A stretch of DNA of 64,000 nt from Alphaproteobacteria bacterium (GTDB lineage: Bacteria; Pseudomonadota; Alphaproteobacteria; UBA828), in the NCBI GenBank assembly GCA_963422645.2, contig CAXXVO010000007.1:736001-800000 (forward strand), written 5' to 3'. Below, piece by piece: positions 10,385 through 20,272 of the stretch. The stretch's first letter is position 1; every line of letters starts with the position of its first letter. Both the position numbers and the translations under genes were made by a program. The notes under the pieces were generated by a model. The model did not search any database. It saw only the letters and a program-made list of their open reading frames with translations, and had not been told where the DNA came from.

Positions 10385-12358
10385 ACCGAACTTCCCCCCG
10401 GAAATGGGCTGATTTTCGGGGCTAAGCCGTTGATCTTACGGGCGTATCGGCCTTCGGCGCAGATGCAAAGTGTACCCATGTAAATGGAGAGAGGTGGTTG
10501 ATATGAGGCGGGAGGTGGGCTATGTTCCGTCCCCATGTATATCGAGAGCGTCCCAAACCGGAACTCCCCGCCCGCAATCCTCCTGCGCGAATCATGGCGC
10601 GCGGGCGGAAAAATCAGAAAACGCACCCTGGCCAATCTGTCCAAGTGGCCGCCGCACCTGATCGACGGTCTGCGCATCCTGCTGCGCGGCGGAACCGCAG
10701 TGCCCCGAGGCGAGACGATCCGCGAGCACGACGGCTTCGACATCACCCGCTCGCGTCCCTTCGGCCATGTGGCAGCGGTGCTCGGCGCCCTGCGCGGCCT
10801 CGGTCTGGAACGGCTGATCGGCGCCAGGCGCTCGCGGCTGCGCGATCTCGTGGTGGCCATGATCGTCGCCCGCATCGTGGCGCCGCGCTCGAAGCTCGCC
10901 ACCGCGCGCGGGCTCAGCGAGGACACGCTTGGCCACGGCCTCGGCGAGGCGCTCGCCCTGGGCGAGGTCGGCGAAGACGAGCTCTACGAGGCGATGGACT
11001 GGCTACTGCAGCGCCAGCCCAGGATCGAGCGGGGTCTGGCCGAGCGTCATCTCGAGGACGGCGCGCTGGTGCTCTACGACGTCACTTCGACCTGGCTGGA
11101 GGGGCGCTGCTGTCCGCTGGCGCGTCACGGCTACTCCCGCGACGGCAAGCGCGGCAAGCTGCAGATCGTGTTCGGGCTTCTGTGCAACGCGCAGGGCTGC
11201 CCGGTGGCGGTGGAGGTGTTCGAGGGCAACACCGCCGATCCGGCCACACTGGGCACGCAGATCGACAAGCTGCGCCGGCGCTTCCGGCTTTCGCGGGTCG
11301 TTCTCGTGGGCGATCGCGGCATGCTCACCGAGGCGCGCATCCGCGAGGAGGTGAAGCCGGCCGGGCTGGAGTGGATCAGCGCGCTGCGGGCGCCGGCGAT
11401 CCGCGAGCTGGCCTCCGGCGGGACGCTGCAGCTCTCGCTCTTCGACGAGCGCGCCCTGGCCGAGATCCATCATCCCGACTTCCCCGGCGAGCGCCTGATC
11501 GCCTGCCGCAACCCGCTGCTCGCCGAAGAGCGCGCGCGCAAGCGCGAGGCCCTGCTCCAGGCCACCGAGAGCGATCTCGACGCGATCCGTGCGGCAACCC
11601 GGCGCGACAAGCGCCGTCTCGCCGGCAAGGACAAGATCGGGCTGCGCGTGGGCAAGGTCATCGGCAAGCACAAGGTCGGAAAGCACTTCGACCTGGAGAT
11701 CGCCGATGACGGCTTCGCCTGGCGGCGCAACGCAGAGCGGATCGCCGAAGAGGCGGCGCTCGATGGCCTCTACGTCATCCGCACCAGCCTGTCCGAGCGC
11801 GAGCTCGGGGCCGAGGACACGGTGCGCGCCTACAAGGGATTGAGCCGCATCGAGCGCGCCTTCCGAAGCGTCAAGACGGTCGACCTCAAGGTGCGGCCCA
11901 TCCACCACTATCGGCCTGAGCGCGTGCGCGCCCACGTCCTGCTGTGCATGCTCGCCTACCATGTCGAGTGGCACATGCGCCAAAGGCTCGCCCCCATCCT
12001 GTTCGACGAGGACGACCCGGCGGGCGCGGACGCCGCGCGCGCCTCCATCGTCGCACCGGCAAAGCCCTCGCCTTCGGCCCGGCGCAAGGCCGCCGCCAAG
12101 CGCACACCAGACGGCGTGCCGGTGCATAGCTTCCGCACCCTCCTCGAAGACCTGGCGACCATCGCCAGGAACAGAGTTCAGCCGAAACTGCCCGGAGCAC
12201 CGCCCTTCGACCTGGTCACCAAACCGACGAAGCTGCAGCGCCAGGCGCTCGACCTGCTCGGCGTCAGCCTGTAGCGTACCCAGTACGCGACTCCGCGAAA
12301 CGGTGCTTTCCAAAGCAACCGCAATGGCTTAGCTCAATATCCGCTCCGGAAGTTCAGT
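10385..12358 (+). mobile_element. IS1634-family element
   Basis: IRs ACCGAACTTCC / GGAAGTTCAGT; CTAA duplicated at 10381-10384 and 12359-12362. Confidence 0.8.
10535..12274 (+). CDS. IS1634-family transposase
   Basis: LYDVTSTWLEG, GYSRDGK, FEGNTAD, VGDRGM, IERAFRSVK and RVRAHVLLC motifs. Confidence 0.92.
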   Translation: MYIESVPNRNSPPAILLRESWRAGGKIRKRTLANLSKWPPHLIDGLRILLRGGTAVPRGETIREHDGFDITRSRPFGHVAAVLGALRGLGLERLIGARRSRLRDLVVAMIVARIVAPRSKLATARGLSEDTLGHGLGEALALGEVGEDELYEAMDWLLQRQPRIERGLAERHLEDGALVLYDVTSTWLEGRCCPLARHGYSRDGKRGKLQIVFGLLCNAQGCPVAVEVFEGNTADPATLGTQIDKLRRRFRLSRVVLVGDRGMLTEARIREEVKPAGLEWISALRAPAIRELASGGTLQLSLFDERALAEIHHPDFPGERLIACRNPLLAEERARKREALLQATESDLDAIRAATRRDKRRLAGKDKIGLRVGKVIGKHKVGKHFDLEIADDGFAWRRNAERIAEEAALDGLYVIRTSLSERELGAEDTVRAYKGLSRIERAFRSVKTVDLKVRPIHHYRPERVRAHVLLCMLAYHVEWHMRQRLAPILFDEDDPAGADAARASIVAPAKPSPSARRKAAAKRTPDGVPVHSFRTLLEDLATIARNRVQPKLPGAPPFDLVTKPTKLQRQALDLLGVSL

Positions 12359-12410
12359 CTAAACCGGTGACATCATCCCCCACCGTCACCGCGTGACCGA
12401 ACGAAAACCC

Positions 12411-12485
12411 TCGAAATGGAAGATCCCGGCCGAAGTGCTGGTGCGCGAATACGCGCTCCCGCCCTCAATGCCGAAAAGTTTTTAG
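12411..12485 (+). pseudogene. Possible C-terminal remnant of a HigA-like HTH gene just outside the probable IS66 right end (about 12408)
   Basis: SKWKIPAEVLVREYAL resembles HLGIPADVLLQE in the HigA at 31139. Confidence 0.3.
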
Positions 12486-12572
12486 TTGTGTTGAGCGAGT
12501 GTTGATAAGCCGACTAGCGATACAGGCTCGGAGAGCCCGGTATTTGCTAACTATCTGTTATAATATAATAAA

Positions 12573-13136
12573 TTATCTTTCCAAAGCCAAGATCCGCGAC
12601 GTATCCGCCAAATTGAACATCCTGGACAGGACCCACGTTGCCTGGTTGGCCGCAGAGGGGGTGTCGCGCAGCTTGTGGTGAAGCGCCGTGACATCGGCGG
12701 ACGCGACATCCTTGAGCGGCTTCGTCCCCAAGGCGGGCAGGATGTGGTGCTGCAGGGACATCCGGTAATTCTTGGCCGTGTTCGGCTTGCAGCGGACCGC
12801 GACATGGTTCTTGAGGCAGCGTGCGGCGAGGTCGGCGACGGTGGGCTCGGGCGCCGGCTTCGGGGGCTTCGGATCCTCGCCCCGCTTGATGCGATCGATG
12901 ACAATAGCCGCCTCGCGCCGGCGCTTATCGATCGTCTCGGAGCCGACCGGCCCCAGGGTCACCCGCTTCAGGCCGGCCGGCCCGCGGGACTGGACGATGT
13001 AGAGTTTGCGCCCGGTGGCGTGGACCCTTACCCCGAAGCCGGCCAAGTCGCGGTCCCAGAAGATCGCGTCCTTGTCGTCGGCCTTCAGCCGTTCCACAAT
13101 CCGCTTGGTCAGTCTGAGCGCACTCCGCTTCGGCAT
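12573..13136 (-). pseudogene. Truncated tyrosine integrase (Arm-binding and core-binding domains only)
   Basis: IFWDRDLAGFGVRV..G.K..IVQ..RVTLG, PTVADL, HILPALG; no catalytic domain. Confidence 0.8.
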
Positions 13137-13448
13137 CGCCTCACCCCCGGTCTCGACCGGCCCGAGCGTCGGTCATCAAACCGCATACGAGCGACATCAA
13201 CTCGGGGACGATTTGAGACGAAGCCTGGCGGCAATGCAAGAGGCAGAAGACCAGTGAGGGCGGAAAACTGCACTTCAGAACAGCGGGTTATCGTACTCCA
13301 GTCGCCGAATGTCGACGTGTGGCGTGGCTTGGACAGATCACCTTGTCACACCGGAACAAGCCCGGGCATGACGAGAAGGGGGAAGGACTCGGTTGGAGAG
13401 GCAGCGCGTCGGTCCGACCGCATGCGAATGAACTTCGGAAACACGGCT

Positions 13449-14396
13449 CTAGCGTCCCCAGCGCAGCGCGAGGAGGTCGAACTCGGCGGCCATGCTGAGC
13501 AGCTGCGCCCGGGTTTCCGCAGGAAGCGCCGCCAGGGGGTGACGCACCCTGTCGCTCTTGATGACGCCGCCTTCCATCATCACCGTCTTGCAGGCGCGCA
13601 GCCCGCATTGCCGGTTCTCGAAGTTGACGAGCGGTAACATGCGGCGGTATTGCGCCGCCGCGTCAGCGCGCGCGCCAGCCAGGTGGTCGATCACGATCGG
13701 TCGAATCTGCTCGCAGGCCAGCGCACTCGTCATCGTGCCGGTGGCGCCTGCATCGAGATCGTCCAGCAGCGTGATGCCCTCCTCGCCGTCGAAGGGGCCG
13801 TCGATGTGCTCACCGGCAGCGGCCAGCAACGCCCGGAGCTTTGCGGCGGCGCCCGGGCACTCGATCTTGAAATAGGCGAGGCGCGGCAGCTCGCGGGCCA
13901 TCCGCGCAAGCAAGGGCACGCCGAGCGTGACGCCGGAGAGCGGCGCATCCTGGACCATGACAGGGATCTCCAGCGCCTCCGAGATTGCGGCAAAATGCTG
14001 GAAGACCCCTTCATCGTCCGCGCGCAGCAGCGCCCCGTGATAGGGCGGCATCATCATGACCATCGCCGCCCCTTCCGCCTCGGCGCGGCGGCAACGCTCG
14101 ACCGCGATGCGCGTGCTGAAATGGCTGCAGGTCACGATGACGGGAACGCGGCCGTCGACATGCTCGAGGCAGGCCGCCTGCAGAAGCGCCCGTTCCTCGT
14201 CGGAGAGCAGGAACTGTTCGGAATAGTTGGCGAGGATGCAGAGTCCATCGACACCCTGGTCGATCATGCAACCGAGAGCGCGGCGCTGACTCCCCAGGTC
14301 AAGCGCGCCGTCTTCGTCGAAGGGAGTCGGAACGATCGGAAAGATTCCGCGATAGGGTGCGTTCATCGGCACGTCTCCGGGGTTGGACACTGACAT
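13449..14396 (-). CDS. Dihydrodipicolinate synthase-family aldolase/dehydratase
   Basis: GIFPIVPTPF, LANYSEQF, PPYHG, Schiff-base YFKIE. Confidence 0.88.
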   Translation of the reverse strand: MSVSNPGDVPMNAPYRGIFPIVPTPFDEDGALDLGSQRRALGCMIDQGVDGLCILANYSEQFLLSDEERALLQAACLEHVDGRVPVIVTCSHFSTRIAVERCRRAEAEGAAMVMMMPPYHGALLRADDEGVFQHFAAISEALEIPVMVQDAPLSGVTLGVPLLARMARELPRLAYFKIECPGAAAKLRALLAAAGEHIDGPFDGEEGITLLDDLDAGATGTMTSALACEQIRPIVIDHLAGARADAAAQYRRMLPLVNFENRQCGLRACKTVMMEGGVIKSDRVRHPLAALPAETRAQLLSMAAEFDLLALRWGR

Positions 14397-14486
14397 GGCC
14401 GCAGCTGCGACACCGAGATTAGCCCGGACCTCTCGCCACGGTCACGGTCTGCGGCGGAATCGGGCTATGATCGCCCGATGAAGGTA

Positions 14487-14753
14487 AACCCGCATGTCTT
14501 GCCCCGGTCACGGCCTGCGTCGCGTCCAGGCGTTCGATCCGCCAGGAGCGGGCCGAGAAGCGTATCGGGGAATACGGTTGAGGGCCGCGACGCCTCGGGC
14601 GGGCGCCTGGGCGCGACCCAAAGGGCGACGATTTCCGGCCGACAGGGTTCGTCAAGCCGCTTCCCCGATGCCCCACATCGCGCTTCGCGTCTTTCCTGCC
14701 CTGTCGGCCGGAAATCGTCGCGCAGACCATGACCGGGGCAAGACATGCGGGTT
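14487..14753. repeat. Nested inverted repeats in a divergent intergenic region
   Basis: 33-bp IR with 2 mismatches (14487-14519 / 14721-14753) enclosing a perfect 23-bp IR (14625-14647 / 14699-14721). Confidence 0.85.
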
Positions 14754-16211
14754 AAAAACGGTGCCGCGCACCTGCGCGCGCTCGACAAGGACCGGGCGGT
14801 CTATCTCGACGGCGCGCTGATTACGCGCGTCGCCGACCATCCGGCCTTCGCCGCCGCCTGCCGCTCGGCCGCGGCCCTCTACGACTTCCAGGCGGCCGAG
14901 CCCAACATCGAGCGGATGACATTCGAGACCGAGACCGGGCGGCGCGTGAACCGTGCCTGGCAGATGCCGAGGAGCTACGCCGAGCTGGTGGCGCGGCGGG
15001 AGGCGCTCACCGCCTGGGCTGAGCTTCACGCAGGCTACCTGGGGCGCTCGCCCGATCATCTGGCGTCATCGATCGCGGGCCAGATGATGGGGATCGTGGT
15101 CTTCGAGCGTCACGGCGCGCGCTACGCCAATGCGCTCTGCGAGTATTACGCCTACGCGCGCGACAACGACCTCTACCTCAGCTACGTTATCGTCAACCCG
15201 CAGGGCGACCGCTCCAAGTCATGGGGCGAGCAAGAGAGCGAAGAGATGACCATGCGGGTCGTCGACGAGGACGCGGAAGGCGTGACCGTGCGCGGGGCCA
15301 AGATGCTCGGCACCGGCTCGATCATGGCCGAGGAGATCCTGGTCGCGACCCTGCAGCCGCTGCAGCCGGGGGAGGAGCGCTTTGCCATCTCCTTCGCGCT
15401 TCCCCTCGATGCCCGCGGCCTCAAGGTGCTCTCGCGCAGGAGCTATGAGGCAAGCGCCACGAGCCCCTGGGACTATCCCCTCTCCCACCGCTTCGACGAG
15501 AATGATTCCATCGTCTATTTCGACGACGTGAAGGTGCCGTGGGAGCGGATCTTCGTCTTCGGCGACATCGACATGTGCCGGGCGCAGTTCCACGACACGC
15601 CGGGCCACGCCTTCCAGAACTACCAGTCGCAGATCCGCCTGGTGGTGAAGCTCAAGTTTCTGCTGGCGCTGGCGCGCCGCATCGCGGAGACCATCGGCAC
15701 TGCCAAGATGCCGGCGGTAATCGGGCAGCTCGGCGAGATGGCGTCCGAGGTCGCGGCCGTGGAAGGGCTGCTCTACGGCATGGAGAGCGCGGGCAGCATG
15801 GCCGGCGACTACTACGTGCCGAACACGAGCATGATGTACGCCGCGCAGGTCCAGACCCAGGCGCTCTATCCGCGCCTGATCGACGGGATTCGCTCGCTCG
15901 CCGGCGGCGGCCTGATCATGCTGCCGTCGTCGGTGGCGGACCTGGAAAACCCTGACATCGCGCCCCTCTTCGAGCGCACCCAGGTCTCCGCGCGGCCGGG
16001 CGAGGGTGCCGCCGAGCGGATGGCGCTGATGAAGCTCGCGTGGGACGCGGTGGGCTCCGAGTTCGCCGGCCGCCACACCCAGTACGAGATGTTCTATGCG
16101 GGCGCCAAGTTCGTCACCACCGCGCATTGCTACCGGCGCTACGACTGGGCCGCCGCCGACCGCATTCTGGAGGGGCTGATGGCCAGCAATGAAGGCTCTC
16201 GCGAGCGGTGA
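14745..16211 (+). CDS. 4-hydroxyphenylacetate 3-hydroxylase family (HpaB-like) flavin monooxygenase
   Basis: GRSPDH, VRGAKMLGT, PLSHRFDENDS, FDDVKVPWERIF, SEFAGRHTQYEMFYAG. Confidence 0.9.
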   Translation: MRVKNGAAHLRALDKDRAVYLDGALITRVADHPAFAAACRSAAALYDFQAAEPNIERMTFETETGRRVNRAWQMPRSYAELVARREALTAWAELHAGYLGRSPDHLASSIAGQMMGIVVFERHGARYANALCEYYAYARDNDLYLSYVIVNPQGDRSKSWGEQESEEMTMRVVDEDAEGVTVRGAKMLGTGSIMAEEILVATLQPLQPGEERFAISFALPLDARGLKVLSRRSYEASATSPWDYPLSHRFDENDSIVYFDDVKVPWERIFVFGDIDMCRAQFHDTPGHAFQNYQSQIRLVVKLKFLLALARRIAETIGTAKMPAVIGQLGEMASEVAAVEGLLYGMESAGSMAGDYYVPNTSMMYAAQVQTQALYPRLIDGIRSLAGGGLIMLPSSVADLENPDIAPLFERTQVSARPGEGAAERMALMKLAWDAVGSEFAGRHTQYEMFYAGAKFVTTAHCYRRYDWAAADRILEGLMASNEGSRER

Positions 16212-17395
16212 GGGTCGGGGTCGTCAATCTCGGCGCCATCGTCTCCGGCGACTGGCGCAAACCCTTCGTCGAAGGCGATACCCTCGTCGCCGCCGACGGC
16301 CTACTGGAAGCCGTTGGCCAGGTGCCGCCCGCCGCCCTCGACGCCTGCGATGTCGTCATCGACGCCGGCGGCGCGACCGCAATTCCGGGGCTGATCGATT
16401 CCCAAGTCCACGTCACCTTCGGCGACTTCACGCCGCGCCAGAACACCGTGGGCTACCTCACGAGCTACGTCCACGGTGGCACCACCACGGCGATCTCCGC
16501 CTCCGAGGTGCACGTGCCGGGCCGGCCGAAGGACCCGGCCGGAGTCAAGGCGCTGGCGGTCGCGGCCTTCAAGTGCTTCGAGCATTACCGGCCAGGCGGC
16601 ATGCGCGTGCACGGCGGCTCCATCATCCTGGAGCCCGGCCTCACCCGCGCGGACTTCGACGACGTGCACCGGGACGGCGTCTGGCTCGCGAAGGTCGGCT
16701 TTGGGGCGGTGGCGACGGCACGCGACTACGTGGCGCTGGTGCGCCACGCCGGGGAGGCCGGCCTGCTTACGACGCTCCACACCGGCGGCGCCTCGATCCC
16801 GGGCTCCTTCCCCATCACCGGCGCAGACCTGATCGCCATCGATCCCACGGTCTCCTTCCACATCAACGGCGGACCGGTCGCCATCGAGGACCGATATTTT
16901 GAGCAGGTGGCGGCCGAGACCGGGATCGCCATGCAGGTCTGCACCGCCGGCAATCTGCGGACCACGCTGCTCTGCGCCGAGATGGCGCGCAAGCACGACG
17001 CCTTCGACCGCTTCCTGATTGCGACCGACACGCCCACCGGCAGCGGCGTCATGCCGCTCGGCATGATCTACACCATGGTCCATATCGCCTCGCTGGCGGG
17101 CTTCGATCCGACCTGGATGATCGCCGCGTCGACCGGCAATGTGGCGGAAATCTACGGGCTCAACAGCGGCTTCCTCAGGCCGGGGCGGGATGCGGACGTG
17201 GTCATCGTCGATGCCCCGCTCGGCGCCACCAAGCCGGATGCGCTCTCCACCATGAGCAACGGCGATCCGGTCGCCATCGGCGCGGTGATCACCGACGGCA
17301 TTCCCCGCTTCGTCGGCCGCAGCCGCAACACCCCGCCGACCACGCGGCCCGTCACCGTCGCCCGCTGCGAAGTGCCGGCCTTCGATCCTTCGTAG
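16208..17395 (+). CDS. Enamidase-like amidohydrolase
   Basis: IPGLIDSQVH, GGTTT, LHTGG, FHING, ATDTPTG, G.L.PGRDADVV; GTGA-coupled to the upstream gene. Confidence 0.8.
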   Translation: MRVGVVNLGAIVSGDWRKPFVEGDTLVAADGLLEAVGQVPPAALDACDVVIDAGGATAIPGLIDSQVHVTFGDFTPRQNTVGYLTSYVHGGTTTAISASEVHVPGRPKDPAGVKALAVAAFKCFEHYRPGGMRVHGGSIILEPGLTRADFDDVHRDGVWLAKVGFGAVATARDYVALVRHAGEAGLLTTLHTGGASIPGSFPITGADLIAIDPTVSFHINGGPVAIEDRYFEQVAAETGIAMQVCTAGNLRTTLLCAEMARKHDAFDRFLIATDTPTGSGVMPLGMIYTMVHIASLAGFDPTWMIAASTGNVAEIYGLNSGFLRPGRDADVVIVDAPLGATKPDALSTMSNGDPVAIGAVITDGIPRFVGRSRNTPPTTRPVTVARCEVPAFDPS

Positions 17396-17411
17396 GCCGG
17401 CGTAGCGACGC

Positions 17412-17825
17412 CTAACGCAAGGCGTCGATCGTCTGCACGTGGCCGCCTGCGGCGTAGGTCAGGATGGCGTAATCGGCGGTGAGCAGCGGGACGCCGTAAT
17501 GGCGGGCGGTTGCGACGATGAAGCGATCTGCCGGATCGGCGTGGAATGCGCCCGGCAGCCGGACGCTCTCGATGGCGATCGCGGGTTCGATCGGGAGGAG
17601 CCCGATCGCTGGCAAGGCGAGGGCCGCCAAAATCCACTCTCTGACCTCGCGCGAGAGGCGGAGGCGGTCCTTCTCGGCCAGGAGCGCGATTTCCCATGGC
17701 GTGATTGCGGAGATGCCTAGTCCATCCGCTTGTTCCGCTGCCGCAATAGCGGCGCGTGCGTCGGCGCCGAGCCGCCGTTCGTCTTCCACGGCCCAGATTA
17801 GCGCATGCGTGTCGAGCACGATCAC
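17412..17825 (-). CDS. vapC: VapC-family PIN toxin
   Basis: IVLDTHALIW, SAITPWEI, HADPADRFIVATA, LLTAD. Confidence 0.9.
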   Translation of the reverse strand: MIVLDTHALIWAVEDERRLGADARAAIAAAEQADGLGISAITPWEIALLAEKDRLRLSREVREWILAALALPAIGLLPIEPAIAIESVRLPGAFHADPADRFIVATARHYGVPLLTADYAILTYAAGGHVQTIDALR

Positions 17826-18064
17826 CGAACGGCGTTCCAGTCGGCGGGGTCAGCTGCAGGCCCGAAGGGGTCGTCGTAAGCCAGCACCGACCCCTTCATT
17901 GCGCCGATGATTGAGCGTTCCGTGTTCTCCGGCCGCACCGGCGACAGCACCGCGACTGGTTTGCCCCGATTGGTGATTGTCACGGGTTCGCCATCCTCGG
18001 CCATCTCATTGATAATACGGAGACATTTCGCTTGGAACGCGGCTGCGGCAATCGCCTTGCCCAT
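17822..18064 (-). CDS. Phd/YefM-family antitoxin
   Basis: AAAFQAKCLRIINEM..GEPVTITNRGKPVA; overlaps the vapC start. Confidence 0.88.
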   Translation of the reverse strand: MGKAIAAAAFQAKCLRIINEMAEDGEPVTITNRGKPVAVLSPVRPENTERSIIGAMKGSVLAYDDPFGPAADPADWNAVR

Positions 18065-18173
18065 GATTCTCGCCCTTCAGCAAATACATATATATTATGT
18101 ACGCATAATCGCTGGCGCAGTCAAGCAAGCGAGGAACGCCTGCGGCGGGTCCAGCGGCCTTGCCTGTCGGCCC

Positions 18174-18848
18174 TCAGTCGATCTCGTCTTCGGGCACGAT
18201 CCAGGGCTCTTGAAGAGCGGCGTCGCGCCATTCGGCGAAGGCCGGGAGGGTGAGCACGGCGCGGCAGTAGGCGGCGCAGATCTCGTCGAGATCGACCCCG
18301 TGGGTATCGAAGCGCGTCACGACGGGCGCGTACATGGCGTCGGCCGCGCAGAAGGCGCCGAACAGGAAGTCGCCGCCTGCGCCGTAGCGCGTCCGGCAAT
18401 CGCGCCAGATTTCGCAGATGCGGGCGATATCGTCGTCTACCCCCGGCCCTCGGTCCCTCCCCTTGAGATCGAGGCGGCGCAGGTTCATGGGCATGTGGTT
18501 GCACAGCGCGGTGAAGCCCGCGTGCATCTCGTTGGCGGTGGCGCGTGCTGTGGCGCGGGCGTCGCGGTCCTTGGGCCAGAGCCCCGCGTCGGGGAACAGC
18601 TCATTGGCGTATTCGATGATCGCGAGGGTCTCCCAGACAGTGCGCTCGCCGTGCAGCAGGACGGGAACGCGCCCTGACGGCGAGACGGCGGCGATGGCCT
18701 CCTTCCAGTTCTCGCCGCAGAGCAGGAGCAGCCGCTCGTCGAAGGGGATTCCGGCGTGGCGCAGCGCCAGCCAGGGCCGAAGCGACCAGGACGAGTAGTT
18801 CTTGTTGCCGATTACCAGGGTGAGATCGCTCATGGGGTTGCGTGCCAA
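18174..18848 (-). CDS. Glutathione S-transferase family protein
   Basis: GNKNYSSWSLRPW, PSGRVPVL, WETLAIIEY, ADAMYAPVVTRF. Confidence 0.92.
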   Translation of the reverse strand: MARNPMSDLTLVIGNKNYSSWSLRPWLALRHAGIPFDERLLLLCGENWKEAIAAVSPSGRVPVLLHGERTVWETLAIIEYANELFPDAGLWPKDRDARATARATANEMHAGFTALCNHMPMNLRRLDLKGRDRGPGVDDDIARICEIWRDCRTRYGAGGDFLFGAFCAADAMYAPVVTRFDTHGVDLDEICAAYCRAVLTLPAFAEWRDAALQEPWIVPEDEID

Positions 18849-19020
18849 CGTTTCGTGTTGCTTGGCGCGGCTGGACCATAGCGCCGCGTTCTAGGTCGGC
18901 AATGCCGCGCGGTCTAGCGTGTGGCGTTGATAGTGTGAGCGTGACCGGCTGTGGCGTAAGAGAGGATGGCGAAGCCGGAGGTGAGCAGCGGCGCGCCGCA
19001 TTGGCGGGCGGTCACGACAA

Positions 19021-19137
19021 TCAGGCGACCAGCCAGCCGCGATCGGTGATCGTCACAGGCTCGCCGTCCTCGCCCATCTCATTGATAAGACGGAGATATT
19101 TGGCCTGAAATTCGGCCGCCGCGATGGTCTTGCCCAA
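19021..19137 (-). pseudogene. Truncated second Phd/YefM antitoxin copy
   Basis: LGKTIAAAEFQAKYLRLINEMGEDGEPVTITDRGWLVA* closely parallels 17822-18064. Confidence 0.75.
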
Positions 19138-19145
19138 TAATTCAG

Positions 19146-20272
19146 TGTAGCCGGCCAGAAGTCTTTGCGAATCGCGGCCAGAAGTCTTTGCGAATGGCCT
19201 GGAAAACAGGCTGATTTTCGGGGCTGATTCGGGCTGGAAAAACGGCCTCTGCATCGGCCATGCACGGGCCGTTCAGGGGCGCGGAATTCGGTGTGCACGG
19301 CCCCTGCAAGGGTTCTATTCCGCCTTCTCCTCCGCCTCGGGCGCGGGGGGCTGGGCGGGCCCGGCTTCGGGCGGGCGCCAGTGTCTGTCGTCGGCTGCGT
19401 CGAAGCGCTCGAGCGCGCCCGCGTCCATGGTTTCGATGCGCTTGCGGAGCGCGCGGCAGAGCCGGCGCAGGCGGTCGCGTTCGGCGTCCTGCTCCTCGGT
19501 GGCGGCGCCGCGCAGCCGCCGTCTGGCCTCGTGCTCCCAGCTCCTTGCCCCGTAGGCCTTCCGGATGCGGCGGGTTGCCTCCCGGTCGAGCCCTTGCGCC
19601 CTTTCTTGCCGGAGGTCTTCGGCGGCGGCGCGCTCGCCCGCTTCGGCGATCATGGCCCATGCCGGCTTGGGGCTGGCGTCCGGGTCGGGGCCGTAGTCCG
19701 GCAGGCCGGGGATCGGGTTCCAGCCGTAGGCCTTCCATGTCGCCTCGTCGAACATCGTGTCGATGCCGCCGGGGAAGGAGCCCGGCAGGAAGCCGTGGGG
19801 CGGACGCAGGCCGTCGTGCGCCATGAGCCGGCGGATCGCGTCCTGGATGTCGATCACCGTGTCATCCTCCGTCGGGCCGGGCGAGGGACGAGAACCTCTC
19901 TCCGTTCGACTGCCCTTCTCCGACGAGGAGATCGCACGCGACCCGCGGCGCGCCGATCTCGAAGGGAAGGAGGCCGGCGCGGGGACAACGCCGGCATCGT
20001 AGACCGGGCGAGGCGAAGCCCCGCGCCGCACCCCGATTTACCGGCGAATCCGCACCCCCGGAACCGCCCCGATTTACAGGCCTTTCAGCACCCCTGAAAC
20101 GCCCCGAAAATCACCGTTTCCAGCCAATTCACGGCCCTTTCCGGGCCGGATTCGCAAAGACTTTCGTCCGGCCCGCCAGACCCCGGAAACGCCGCCAACC
20201 CCTTGACCGTCCGCCATCTTCCGCCTTCTTCCCGGCATCTTCCGGATTCGCAATGACTTTCGTCCCCCTACA
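19146..20272. mobile_element. Non-autonomous Tn7/Tn5053/Mu-type mini-transposon
   Basis: TGTAG...CTACA termini; 5-bp TSD TTCAG (19141-19145, 20273-20277); motif ATTCGCAA(A/T)GACTT twice at each end in inverted orientation. Confidence 0.8.
19315..19857 (-). CDS. Hypothetical protein, sole cargo of the mini-transposon
   Basis: GGAGG RBS before a GTG start; 180-aa protein with a helical-looking C-terminal half. Confidence 0.6.
   Translation of the reverse strand: MIDIQDAIRRLMAHDGLRPPHGFLPGSFPGGIDTMFDEATWKAYGWNPIPGLPDYGPDPDASPKPAWAMIAEAGERAAAEDLRQERAQGLDREATRRIRKAYGARSWEHEARRRLRGAATEEQDAERDRLRRLCRALRKRIETMDAGALERFDAADDRHWRPPEAGPAQPPAPEAEEKAE

Noticed and set aside
13340-13380. REP-like palindrome (CCGGAACAAGCCCGGGCATGAC)
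   Set aside because: Only one partial copy was seen in the window, which is too little to call.
19150-19200. Tandem 23-bp-period repeat as a CRISPR array or iteron
   Set aside because: Two units, no spacers and no cas genes; better explained as transposase-binding sites.
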